From NCBI GenBank assembly GCA_030704615.1, contig CM060732.1, forward strand, positions 71,300,001-71,364,000: a stretch of 64,000 nucleotides of DNA. The letters run 5' to 3'. The translations under genes were made by a program, and so were the position numbers. The stretch comes from Takakia lepidozioides (taxonomy: Eukaryota > Plantae > Bryophyta). Below, piece after piece: positions 52,237 to 64,000 of the stretch. The notes below the pieces were generated by a model. That model worked only from the letters and a program-made list of their open reading frames with translations, was not told where the DNA came from and searched no databases. Position 1 is the stretch's first letter. Every line of letters starts with the position of its first letter.

Positions 52237-55200
52237 ATGGGAAAGACAAGTAAACCCAGCCAGTGGCTGAAAGCTGTCAAGAAGGTCTTCAGATCACCTT
52301 CCAAGGACAAGTCTACTGACAAAGATGAAACGGTATGTGGTTTTTTGAAAACATATCAGCATCCAATCTGAATACGTCATGGTTGAAGGACATCTTCACA
52401 GTGACTTCTTCAATATGTTCTGAAAGTTGATTTTCATTGCTGTATTATGTGCCAGAGGAAGTCCTCCAAGGAGAAACGCCGTGCCAGCCTTGAGGTATCG
52501 ACGCCAACTAATGTATTGCCAACGCCCCTTCCACTTCCGTCTCTAGAGAATGTGGGTCTCATTGAGGCTGAGCAGGAGCAAAGCAAACAACCTGTGGCTG
52601 TAAATGCAGCGGCAGAACCCGTGGCAATAGCCAGTGAATGTCAGGAGGGGGAGCATGAGGAGGCCCCACAGTGCAACAATGATGGACAGTTCGAGGATGA
52701 GATGTGTGAGGAAGATGATGTTACTCGTGAAGAATTGGCAGCTATCAAGATTCAGCGAGCTTTCCGGAGCCACTTGGTATGAAGTTGTAGCCTTTCCTCA
52801 TGTCTGCTGGTGACAAGAGTAGAATAGTCTGAGATCAGAGGAATTGGTTGATTGGCTCATAGGTCTACTTGCAACTTCTGTTGTCTTGCTTTAATTATGA
52901 ATTTTGGCCCTAAACTAAGAAATTCACACTCTGGTTTGTACCTGTCTGGATGTGGTGGCACAACGGGCTCTGAAAGGGCTGGTCAGGCTCCAAGCCTTGG
53001 TTCGTGGGCATACTGTGAGAAGGCAGGCTGCCACAACGCTGAGGGCTATGGAAGCTCTAGTTCGTGTCCAAGCACGAGTCCGTGCTTGCCATGTCAGAAT
53101 GTCAGAGGAGGGCCTGGCTGTTCAGGAACACATTATGAAACGCCGCCAGCTTCGTTCTCGCCCTGCCAAAGCCACAGTAAGTCTTAAACTGTCCTTTGGT
53201 CCTTTATCTTTGTTGCCGCACCTCTTTTGTCCTACTGTGATGTCCGGATTGTGTATGTTATACCATGACTTTAGTTATATGTTCTGTGTATGAATGTGTA
53301 CCTGCTATGCTAGGTTTTGTGATTTAGGCATTGAGTTATTCGTTTCAGCACACAAGATGATGAGTGGCTCAACTTCTCTCCCTTCCTGCCACCCTCCAGT
53401 CATGCGGATGTTGGAACTTATTCAACTGTCCTGTGAGGGCAAACAACAGTTACCTTCTATGGTCAAATGATTCATGTTGTACCCTCTTGCAGTTGATGTA
53501 CACGATGCCAGTTTCAGAGCGTCTTAATTTCTGTTTGTGGGGTCCATGTTCCTTGTCTCCCGTAGGAAGGAGGCTGGGATGCAAGCAATCTAGGCTCGAA
53601 GGACAAAGCGCAGAATCGGGAAGAGGGTGCTCGAAAGCGTGAACGAGCCATGGCCTATGCGTTCTCCCAGCAGGTACAAACAAACATATGCAAAATCAAT
53701 ACCTGTTTATGATCTGTTCAAATCTGTGAAATCAACCTGTTTATTGTTTGTTTAGATAGGCATGCCTTCTCTTTGTAGATGCAGGAAACTACGATGAGGG
53801 ATTCTAATCATTCCTTTGATCTGTTGTCTATGCAACCTTGCTCTGAAGCTTAAACGAAGTGCACCAAAATGTAACCCGCTGTTTATCAACTGCGAACCCG
53901 ACCAACCTCACTGGGGTTGGACCTGGATGGATCGATGGATGACTGCCCGCCCCTGGGAACATCGCCATCTTGCTGACCTGAAAACGGGTCTCGACACATG
54001 TGGAAAACTTGACGAGGTCAAGACAAAGCAGGTGGATTCAGGTGAGGCTCGGCTGAAATCTGGTGGGGTAGTCCCCACTCCGACGCAGGAAAATGGGGAG
54101 TTTTGCCATCCAGTTGGAGTGGACGAAACTTCTCGCGAGATTCTATCACCACCTAGTCTTCCTCCGTCACAGAGCAAGTTGCCATCTCCAGAGGAGTCCC
54201 TACCGCCAGCTATGGAAGGTGACCCTCAGTCAGCACCTCAGTTTTCAGATGTGCCATTGGACAACTCCAAGCCTCCTTCGCCACCAGTTCCATCCTCCCC
54301 GCAGGCTCAATCGCCTTCAACTGTCAATGGGGGGTCTTCTCCTGAAATTCATGTGTCCAAGGAAGCTACTTCAAATGGGGCAACATTGTTTGACAGCCCC
54401 AGCCTGTTAGCCTTGAATGGTGGATATGAAAACGAGGAAGAACACAGTGTTGGCAAAGCTAGTCCTCAGCAATCTGGCTCAGGTAAGACTGCCTTATGGC
54501 CCTGGTATGGTTTTTAGTACAAGGCAGTGAAAGAATTAGCATAGTTGATCTTCTCTTAAATGTATCAGTCTACTTCCAATGAAACCGGCAGGCACTAAAC
54601 AAGCTGTGGCAGGGCTTATGATTAACTCAGCCAACAATGAGAAGGTGACGGATAATGGAGAGAGCACACTCCCATCAAGTTTCAAGCCCACAACAAGTCG
54701 CTATATGGCGGCAACAGAATCTGCAAAAGCAAAGTTCCGGTCACTCAGCAACCCCAAGAGTAGGACTATTGAGGCAGACGAGTCACCTGTCAGGCTGCAA
54801 AAGCGTCTCTCCCTGGGGGGTGCTCAACTTGGCAAGCCCAATTCCCCAGGTGGCACTCAGCGTTCACGACCAAACTCTCAGGTGACCCTCACACCAGAGG
54901 TCTGCTTGAAGCTCCAATGCATGCACTTTCCTCAAAAAGCTTCAGAGTATCCTGGCAATGTAGCTGAGTGTTTGATGTTACTAAAACTGGATTCGAGCTG
55001 TTTTGACAACTATAATTTCTATTTAGTGGAGTTCCTCTTGCTGTGATGCTGTAGTCATTTCCTTTTTTTCAGATTTCCACTTGGACTGCAGCTGGAGCCA
55101 TTGTGGAGCATCTCATTGTACTAGCAGCAGCTGCTGCATATGCTTATTGTGAAACACTGTAATTGCAGGTGCGGACAAGTCTCAAGGCGGGCCTGTGGAA

Positions 55201-55291
55201 AGAGAAATCTGGGGAGCTTGGCATTGCGTCGCCCGGTCGAAGAAACTCTTTTGGAGGGGAAACTAAACCCAATGTCGTCAAATGGAGGTAA
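52237..55291 (+). CDS. IQD: IQ67-domain calmodulin-binding protein (IQD family) with DUF4005
   Basis: Exons 52237-52332 ([16 protein letters not shown]), 52456-52776 ([13 protein letters not shown], phase-0 intron), ~52958-53176 ([10 protein letters not shown]...LVRVQARVR), 53566-53673 ([13 protein letters not shown]), 53849-54482 ([16 protein letters not shown]), 54592-54881 ([11 protein letters not shown]), 55169-55291. The exon-3 acceptor lacks AG. Confidence 0.88.
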
Positions 55292-57195
55292 CTGGTTGAG
55301 GTGGCTGGTCTTCCTTATGCGTACATAGGTAGCAGCATGCCATGTGGTGGACAGCTTCTTCCTTCTGCACATGAGGTAGAGTTGTTGCAAAGCTCAGCAA
55401 ATGGGAAGGTGTTTTTCCAGAGAAGGATGTAACCAGGGTGGTATTGCAGTTTCTTTTGACAGTTTTTTGGTAGTACTTGGCTACCCTGCTGAGTAAAGTT
55501 CCCTCTTTCATTAATTTGTAGCCTCTTGTTATATGTACTGCTGCTAAATTGTCTTTTGAATATTATTGTTCTTATCAATGGACGGTAGACAACATTGTTA
55601 CCACAGTGCTTGGGAAGCTTATTTCTGCTAAAGGCAATACCTCAAGCAGAAACTGGTATTCGTGTTTGTGCTTTTGTTTGTGCAGTCATCAATTGAACTA
55701 TACATCATTGCCAAGTTTTTCTGTTCCCTTGGTTGCCTTGACCTGAGCCTAGCTAAAGTGAGGATCTCTCTCTTTACTTGGGATGATTTTTCCGTCACTT
55801 TTTGCGGATGTTCAGCATCCAAGTAGCGATCAGCTGGGGTAACCTTAAGGAAATGTTCAAGGTGCCTGATGCTCCTTCAGATACCCTTCCAGCAAACCTC
55901 TTGGAGCAGTTTTTCTCAAATGTTTTCTTCTCAGTACAAAAAGTAAAACTTCAGGTCCTAGTTCACAAATGTGTTATGCTTAAGGCGAAGATGCTGACTG
56001 TCTTGATTAGCTTTCCTGCTGATTGCTAGCCGACATCATGGCTGAGTTTTCCTTTTCTTCTGCAATAATGGCAGAAACTCACTACCGAGATTTGTACAAT
56101 GGTATGGTGATGGGTCTGAGCGTCGGATTATATGTTAGCTATACCCACTGTTGGGAGCTGATGAAGTCAGTTTGGAGTGTTGGCTGGCAGCTTGTCACTG
56201 CCATACATGATGAATGTTTTTGTATTGAAATTGTCCCTTGCAGTTTACTAGCCTGAACCAAATGTTTTCTCTTCTGACATATCTTTGTGGTACTCGCCTC
56301 TTTTCATGTGGTGCCCAGAACTTAGATGGTTGGCACCTCCAACGATCTCTACACCGAAACTGGACAGTGAATCAATTCTCAAACCCAAGCATCGTACTTG
56401 TGCAAGGCCATCTGTTCAAGGATCAAGAGCACCTATGGTGATGGTCAGCTATGGTGATGTTAAATTCTCCTTCCAGTCTTATTTTAGGGCTAAGTGTTGG
56501 ACCCGTTTTAATTTAATTAGCCTTGGAGGTGACAAGTTTTGGTGACTGCTCTGGTTGTGTAAAGAAGATTCCAGGGCTTTGCTTGTGTGTTGTCCCCTCT
56601 TGGTTGAATGACACAGCACGATGCCATTTCATTGATTGAGGAGGCTTACCTTTTGTGTCTGAAAAGCTCTTAGTTTGATAAGTAAGTTCACACTCCCATG
56701 GGCCTAGGCCCCCAAGGATGTCAATAAAATCTTCTGTTCATTCATACAATTGAGCTGCCAGCAAATTCTCTGTACTGCAGTCAATCACAAGAACCCAACG
56801 GCAATGGTACTTGCTGTTGTGCCTTGCCAGTTTGCCTTGCTTGTTTTATACAGATTGTCAAAATTCTTTCACAGCAGCTTCCAACCGCAGCCTGTGCAGG
56901 GAAGGGATGCAGAGACGACACAAATAGGGGCACCCTGGCAGGTCTACCGTCGGATGGCCGGAAGAGGCTGTCCTCCTCTAAGCAACCTATTAGGTACAAG
57001 TCTGAATTGTTCCCGGGAATTGGGCATACACCCACCCATAGAGCACACATCAAAAGCCCATTAACTTTCAAATGCCGGGAAAAACAGATTTTGGTGTCAA
57101 TTTGTAAATCCGGAGATGGCAGTCAAACTTTGTAGCTCTCCTGTGAGAGATCCTTTGCAAGAGCCCAATAGCATGGTTTTCAAGGTCATTGGTAG

Positions 57196-59508
57196 TTATG
57201 AACAACAAAGGTGGGTGAATTGAAGCAGACTCTTCATTAACTTCATTAGTACAATGTAGTCAGTCAACTTTATTCTCCTTGCTGGAGCTGATCCTTCAAG
57301 GCAGTGGGGCTTTATAATGACCCACAAATTCAGTGCAGCAAGTGCTTCAGAAATTAACCTGGGTACAACATCATTTGAAGGCACGAGAAAAGTAAGGATC
57401 TAAAAATGATCCACGACACCTTGTCATACGACATTGTCGTCATCAAGAAAGAACAGGTGAGCTTGCCAGTCTGTGACTCTAAACTCTACTTTTTCCAGGT
57501 CAATACAATTAACACTGGTGGATTCCTTGGCCGCCCAAGGGAAGCCACTCCTCTCGACCTCTAACAAGGCCGTCAGTTCTTGCCATGGCCAAGGCGACAC
57601 TCCACTTCTTCCCGAAGAGGATGTACAGTAACAGCGCGACCTCCACCAGCTGTCTGCGGTGCACGCCCAGATAACTCTCTCTCTCTCTTCGGTTCAGAAG
57701 AAAAGCTCTCAAAATCACTTTTTCCCTGTGATGAGGCGCCTAAGGTGTCTAGAGGATATATCGTATAAAACAACCTCGGAATTTCCTCTGTTAACCCCTA
57801 AAGGCCTACAGCTTCTTCCACCCTTGACTGCAATATCTGCACCCCTGGCCACCTTTTTATTCACGACTAAGACTGCTAACTTAGATCTAAACAGCTTGAG
57901 AGTAGAAAATCAATCTGTACATATACAGCCTCAAATTGATAGTAAGAATCTTCCAACTAAAGAAGAAGAAGGAAGATTGTTGTGTCCACAGAGGGTTTAA
58001 TTACCATATGTCGCCCTTAATTAGACGAACTCAAATCGCCGAACCAGTCAGTGCCGCCCATTGTGAACAAGCACTTTAGGTGAAGAGGACAAGAAAGGTA
58101 TTTTGATATCTACCGTGCCAATCGTACGGATGTGTTAGATGACTTGAATATGACAAACAATCGCACTACATTGGACTGGTCATCTGGTAGCAATCTTGTG
58201 TGCTCTAGAATCCATAGCAATGACTGACACAAGTACTGACGTCAGCTATGGACAGGTAGGTCAAGGTGCTGTAGAAAGAAGTGTTAAGGCAGCACTCTGC
58301 GAGTAAATTTGACCATGATCACATTAAAGAGCTGATAGAACGACCTGCTTTGAACCTATGACTCACGGATGTGTAGAAATAATCTCCTTTGAACCACTTT
58401 AGAACTGTTGAAGCTCAAAATGGAAAGATCTCTGCCTTCTCTTCTGAAGCTGATTGGGGTGCAACACATAATACTTACTTGTTGCTTACAATCGGAGTCT
58501 GCCATGCAGTCCCTTCAGATAAATGCAAACCCAATCTATCCACATGTACATTCCATCTGTAATTATAGATGAGATCCATTGATGCTTGTCAACAGGGCCA
58601 ACTCACTAAACTCCAGCATACTGCAGATGTGAAAACCTAATGTTTCTCTCTGGGAAATCTGCATGTCAAAATAAACTGAGTGAAGTTTAGCTTAGCTTCG
58701 ACCGTTAGGGTTCATTCTTACGTTCCAAGGAATACTCGCACACTCTCTCGCTTTGGTGAATAGTTCCGTCTTGCTCTTGAAAGGTGATCACGTCCAGAGA
58801 TGGACCCGCTTCCAAGTTATGTGCTTGGAAAAGCTCCAAGCATGAGACCAGCTTCAGACCGGCACCAGAAGTCCTCTGATAACAAACAGAAGACAAAATT
58901 GTCTCGGCATTGATCATCTGCGGCCTGTCCAACCCATAAAGTTTTGCTCTCCTTTCTCCTATGAAAGGATGGCAGCATGCTCCGGAGCTCTCCTGCGTGC
59001 TCTGGAAGAGACCATACGGAGGTCCCTGTCGTCTCCCTGCGGAGAATTGGAAGGCCTCACATTATGTGGCAGATTACCGAGCCAGGCTGTGGAGCGGAAT
59101 TGGGTATTCACTTTCACAATTCTGGGCTCGAGACCCTTCCAAGTGATGTCAATGACGCCTCCCCTGCCTCCAGGGAAAACGAACAAAGGTATAGACATGT
59201 CCTCGATTTTAAAGTAGGGTCTCTTAACTGCGTGCATCGGACTTGACCCATCCCAGCAGAAACCACACTCTTGTTGTGTTCCATCAGCTCCTTCAGTATC
59301 TCCGAAAATATCTGCATTTGATGTATATTCTTTTCTTTCCATCATCGCATGAGGGAGGGCGAGATGTACTTTGTTTTATATGCCTTGTAGCCTCTATGTG
59401 ATACTCTTGCTTCAGGAGCATACCCATCGGGTTTCCTTCCAGGGAGAGATTTATGACAAGGCTGGCGCATATCCCATGGAAATCCAGCGGCGAGAATTCT
59501 GAGCTCAC
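57196..59508 (-). other. Possible fragmented coding remnant of unknown identity
   Basis: Chain of short minus-strand ORFs in changing frames with protein-like composition. No motif recognised. Confidence 0.2.
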
Positions 59509-59831
59509 TCATTATTTATAGGTCTACGTCTGCCAAATGTGACACACGTGTCTGTGTAGCATTGTCGAACCCATTTGCTTCACGATTTTTTAACACTGGG
59601 GGTTGAGGGCACATAGCTAGAGATTTTTCTAGTGACTTGCGAACGTTGGCTCCTACGAATCCTCATAGAGAGCAACCCTCCCGGAGCCAATTGTTAGAAA
59701 AACCCAGCAGAGTAAGGAAATTTATCCTGGCAAGGATGATCTGGTAAGTGGGAACGGAGTTACAGCTGGTCCAGATATCATTTTAGGAAAGCCAAGCTGA
59801 AGGTCTATGTTTTAGTGGGGTTTGCTTGCAG

Positions 59832-61211
59832 GCCAAGCAATAAGCATAGACCAGCTTTGGCAGGAGTTCAATTCAAGTCCTTCTGAGTGGTGGGACAACA
59901 TGTTGTGTAAGGTGAGACTATCTCTACTGTAACCATGTTCAGTTGCATTTACTATTTTGTCGTTGTCTAAGCTTAAGGTTGTTGATGCCCATTTGGGAAG
60001 CATGACTGAAAAGCATCATACTGATCTTTTTTCTCATGGAGGCTGATATGATGATGTGCTCTGGTAGCCTAGACCTTGCGCTTGGTTGCTTTGGGGTAGA
60101 TTGAAGTTGGTTTGCTCAAATTTGTGGCTTGTTGCTAGAAGCTTCAGCTGCACGCACACTTGTGGTTTCACAGGAAAGTCTAAGATCACCAGAATCCAGA
60201 CGGAAGTGCACAAAAGAGGTCCTTCGGATTGACAGCTGGTTTAATCTTCCTTGGGTGAAAGCAGAGCTAGCTACCAGGACACAAGGTCAGACACAACAAG
60301 ATTGTACACTCGTACCGGAGTTCGTTTCTAATTCTGGTGTGAGCACTGGAGCTCTCTGGAAGTTTCAAGCCTGCACTCAAGATTCTGGTGGGATGACAGA
60401 TTATGGACGAAGGAGAGAGTGTGGTCAGCTATGGGCTGTGGAGGAATGTAAGTATTACCACAATGAGTCCGGTTTGTAACTTCTTCAGTATCTTCTGCAA
60501 CATCTTATCTTTTGGTGTGTTTGGGTGTTTCAATGGCAGCAAATGAAACTTGCAGAAATGTTAACAGAATTCACAATAGCACTCAATAGAGACCCAGGTG
60601 GAGGCAAAGTCCCCTCATGTTCTTGCAGTTCTTGCATGCAGGCCAAGCAATGAGTTTAGAACAGCTCTGGCAGGATTTCTTCAGAGATCCTTCACAGTGG
60701 TGGGACAACAGGTTTGATAAGGTGAGGCTATCTTCAGCAAGGACTCAAAAGAGAGCTTGTGACTGAAGCTTGCTCGATGATTTTTAATGGACTGGCTTGT
60801 ATCTCCGGTTGCTTGGATTAATTTCAATTTGTCTGTTCAATGGGAAAGTTCAGCACAAGGGAATCTTACTGTTGCTGTCAGTATGTTCTCCTTCATTGGT
60901 AGCAGGGAATGAAAGTAGGCTGTCGAAGGTGGTTCTCTGTGATCTGAAAGATGCTGTCTATGCTGTTTGGTCTATGTGGGGCTGTGGTTGAAACCCTGGC
61001 TGGCAGCTGCCCATTGGAGCTTTTCACAGAACAGTCCAAGGTCACCAGATTTCAGACATAAGCGCACCAAGGAGGGCCTTTGGATTGAGAGTCGATCGAA
61101 CCCTTCTTGGGTAAAAGCAGAACTAGCTGCAATGATACAGGGTCGAGCACAAGCTGGCGATGGTTCTAATATTGATACAGACCATGGAGCTCGAACCCAA
61201 GAATACAACGG
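59832..61211 (+). CDS. Two duplicated exon pairs encoding OSB-type PDF motifs, probably 5' exons of the DYW-PPR gene
   Basis: 59832-59911 IDQLWQEFNSSPSEWWDNMLCK plus 60174-60447 ESLRSPESRRK...PWVKAEL (degenerate motif). 60642-60721 LEQLWQDFFRDPSQWWDNRFDK plus 61030-61211 NSPRSPDFRHKRTKEGLWIESRSNPSWVKAEL. All have GT/AG borders and compatible phases. Confidence 0.8.
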
Positions 61212-61433
61212 GTATTGTTTAGGTGATGATTAAAGGGTTTCAACTTGAATGGATTGTATCAAAAGTCTGCTCTCAAGTTAAAAGATTACTACCATAATTA
61301 CTACCATAATTAAGTAACCGTTGTTAATATTTTGTCTTCATAAAAATCTTTTTCTTTGTGGTATGAAGGAGCTTTGCAGCTAGGTAAATTTCTGTGTAGA
61401 GGTTTGGTAACTACTAGTGGTTAGTCATGCAGG

Positions 61434-63647
61434 ATGGTGTCCATTGGCTTTCAGACTGGTGGCACCTCTACCGTCTCCACTGCTATGGGAAGAAGACCAG
61501 GAGAGGGAGTCCACAAGAACTTCTCTAGCAGTAGTGGCCATGTGAGGACTCTATGTAAGGCAGGCCGGCTGAAAGAGGCGCTGCACATCCTGAACAAAGA
61601 AGGCACTCGGGCAGACCCAAGTACTTACTTCTGTCTCTTGCAGGCATGCATCAGCATGAAATACCTAGTAGAAGGAAAGCAGGTGCACTCCCACATCATC
61701 CAAAATGGATTCAAGCCCAACATCATTCTATCAAACATCCTTGTGAACATGTATGCGAAGTGTGGGAGCATGGTGGATGCACGCGCTGTGTTTGATGAAA
61801 TGCCTGAACGAGATATGTTTACATGGACTACAGTAATAGCAGGATATGCTAAGCATGGTCTTGGAAAGGAGGCTTTTGAGATCTATGAGCAAATGCAATG
61901 GCAAGGGGTGATGCCTGACAAGGTCACATTTACTTGTGTTCTCAATGCATGTGCCACCATGGAAGACCTGGATAAGGGCATGCGGGTCCATGCTGACATT
62001 AGCAAAAGTGGAATTGGGCTAGATATCATTCTGGAGAATACCCTTATTGACATGTATGCAAAATGTGGGAGCATAAAGGAGGCGCATCAACTATTTGACA
62101 AAATGGCTACACGAGATGTGATCTCGTGGAATGCCATGATCACAGGTTCCGCTCAGCATGGGTTTGGTAGGGAGGCTTTCGAGTTCTATGAGCAAATGCA
62201 ACTGGAGGGGGTGATGCCTGATAGGGTCACATTCATCTCCATTCTGAATGCATGTGACTGCTTAGGAGACCTGGACAAGGGCAAAGAGGTCCATGCTGCC
62301 ATTCGCAAAGCCGGGATTGTCCCAGATATCATCTTAAAGACCGCCCTTGCTGACATGTACGCCAAATGTGGGAGTATGATGGATGCCCGTGAAGTGTTCG
62401 ACAATATGGCTAAACGGGATGTGGTCTCATGGAACATCATGATTGCTGGTTATGCTCAGCATGGGTGTGCAAGGGAGGCTTTCGATATCTATGCCCAAAT
62501 GCAATTGGCAGGGGTGACACCCGACAGGGTTACATTCATTTGCATTCTCAATGCCTGTGCCAGTCTAGGAGCCTTGGACAAGGGCAAAGAGGTCCATGCT
62601 GAGATTTTGGAAGCTGGAATAGCTTCGTACATTAATCTGGAAAATACCCTTGTTAACATGTATGGCAAATGTGGGAGTGTACAGGATGCACGCCAAGTGT
62701 TTGACAACATGGCTGAACGAAATGTGATCTCCTATAATGCGATGATAGCAGGCTATGCTCAGCATGGCTGTGGTAGGGAGGCACTGAAACTATTTGAACA
62801 AATGCATCCGGAAGGCTTGAAGCCAGATGGTATCAGCTTTATTGCAATTCTCTCAGCATGTAGCCACATGGGCCTGGTGGATGATGGGTTTTGCTACTTC
62901 AATTCCATGAATGGAGATTATGGTCTCACTCCTACAGTTGACCATTTCGGCTGCATGGTGGACCTTCTTGGGCGCGCAGGGCGATTGGATGAGGCTGAGG
63001 ACTTCATCAACAAAATGCCAATCGATGCAGATGCTTCAGTGTGGCGGCCATTGCTTGGTGCCTGCAGAATTCACGGTGATGTGGAACTAGCAGAGCGTGC
63101 AGCAGAAACCCTTCTGAAGTGGGATCCACAGCATGCTGCAACTTATGTGCTGCTATCAAACATCTATGCTGCTGCTGGCAGGTGGGATGGTAAAGCAAAG
63201 GTGAGACGAATGATGGAGGACAGAGGTGTCAGAAAGGAGCCAGGATGCAGCTGCATTGAGGTGAACAACCAGGTGCATACATTTGTTGTGGAAGACAAAT
63301 CCCATCCACAAATTGAGGAAGTCCATGCCGAGTTGAAGAGGTTGTCCGAGCAGCTGAAAGATGCTGGGTATGTGCCTGACACACGCTTTGTATTGCTTGA
63401 TCTGGAGGAGGAGCAAAAGGAATTTTCTCTTTGTCACCATAGTGAGAGGCTTGCCATTGCGTTTGGTCTCTTCAGCACACCCCCTGGAGCACCCATCCGC
63501 ATCATCAAGAACCTTCGGGTATGTGGTGACTGCCACATTGCCACAAAGTTCATCTCGAAGATTGTTGGGCGAGGTATTGTTCTACGGGATGCCAGCCGCT
63601 TTCACCACTTCCAAGATGGGGTTTGTTCTTGTGGGGATTACTGGTGA
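61434..63647 (+). CDS. PLS-class pentatricopeptide repeat protein with E/E+ and DYW deaminase domain (organellar C-to-U editing factor type)
   Basis: Intact 737-aa ORF with repeated P-L-S triplets, PG box PGCSCIEV, HSERLA, CGDCH and terminal CSCGDYW. Confidence 0.97.
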   Translation: MVSIGFQTGGTSTVSTAMGRRPGEGVHKNFSSSSGHVRTLCKAGRLKEALHILNKEGTRADPSTYFCLLQACISMKYLVEGKQVHSHIIQNGFKPNIILSNILVNMYAKCGSMVDARAVFDEMPERDMFTWTTVIAGYAKHGLGKEAFEIYEQMQWQGVMPDKVTFTCVLNACATMEDLDKGMRVHADISKSGIGLDIILENTLIDMYAKCGSIKEAHQLFDKMATRDVISWNAMITGSAQHGFGREAFEFYEQMQLEGVMPDRVTFISILNACDCLGDLDKGKEVHAAIRKAGIVPDIILKTALADMYAKCGSMMDAREVFDNMAKRDVVSWNIMIAGYAQHGCAREAFDIYAQMQLAGVTPDRVTFICILNACASLGALDKGKEVHAEILEAGIASYINLENTLVNMYGKCGSVQDARQVFDNMAERNVISYNAMIAGYAQHGCGREALKLFEQMHPEGLKPDGISFIAILSACSHMGLVDDGFCYFNSMNGDYGLTPTVDHFGCMVDLLGRAGRLDEAEDFINKMPIDADASVWRPLLGACRIHGDVELAERAAETLLKWDPQHAATYVLLSNIYAAAGRWDGKAKVRRMMEDRGVRKEPGCSCIEVNNQVHTFVVEDKSHPQIEEVHAELKRLSEQLKDAGYVPDTRFVLLDLEEEQKEFSLCHHSERLAIAFGLFSTPPGAPIRIIKNLRVCGDCHIATKFISKIVGRGIVLRDASRFHHFQDGVCSCGDYW

Positions 63648-64000
63648 AGCGCATGCAACATGAAAGAAACTGCGTAGGAAGATTATAACACCCAAAGCAG
63701 CAAATTGTCGTTCAAGGTGATAGTTGCACTTTCTGTCAGTTGACCATGGTGATGATGATGATGTTCATGTATCATTATCTGAATGGGAGTGAATTTAGAG
63801 TCCCTTTCTGAGAAGGATCTGTCAACAGATTGTGCAAGGATTTTTAAATCCTCCTGTTGTCGGGGTTGAAAGTTTTGTACCAGAACAGTATAAGGGGAAA
63901 GTGCTCAGAGGGTCATTTTTGTTGTACTGACTGGGTAAAAAATCGAGTTTCTCAGTACATGTACACCCATTCCTGCTGCTTCCACATCTTGAGACTTCTC

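Noticed and set aside
61731-63663. Antisense and alternative-frame ORFs over the PPR gene and PPR array
   Set aside because: These are shadows of the repetitive PPR coding frame with no independent evidence.

Overview
Eukaryotic, intron-containing plant genomic DNA. DYW-type PPR and IQ67-domain genes point to a land plant; a non-flowering lineage is likely but is inference. About two-thirds of the window is transposon-derived. The main element is a ~10.85 kb decayed Ty3/Gypsy-type retrotransposon (20372-31220). Its polyprotein reads Gag-protease-DNMT3-like cytosine methyltransferase-RT-RNaseH-integrase-PHD finger. It has no tRNA primer site; instead the 12 nt after the left repeat are complementary to the repeat itself (self-priming geometry). 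Its ends are split direct repeats (A1...PPT-B1-A2-B2) with a palindromic CA-gc-TG B|A junction. A diverged, truncated second copy with the same methyltransferase lies at 2237-5975. Host genes are an ankyrin-repeat gene, an IQD gene with an apparently missing splice acceptor, and a PLS-E-DYW PPR editing factor. The PPR gene can be spliced in frame to two upstream OSB-type 'PDF' ssDNA-binding motifs. Also present: MULE/SWIM, pogo-like, CACTA, piggyBac-like and LINE remnants, two MITE-like elements, a Sec13/PPR fragment mosaic, and a 258-bp PPR-derived tandem array interrupted by a scrambled chromovirus. All alignments and mismatch counts were done by eye; domain boundaries are approximate.
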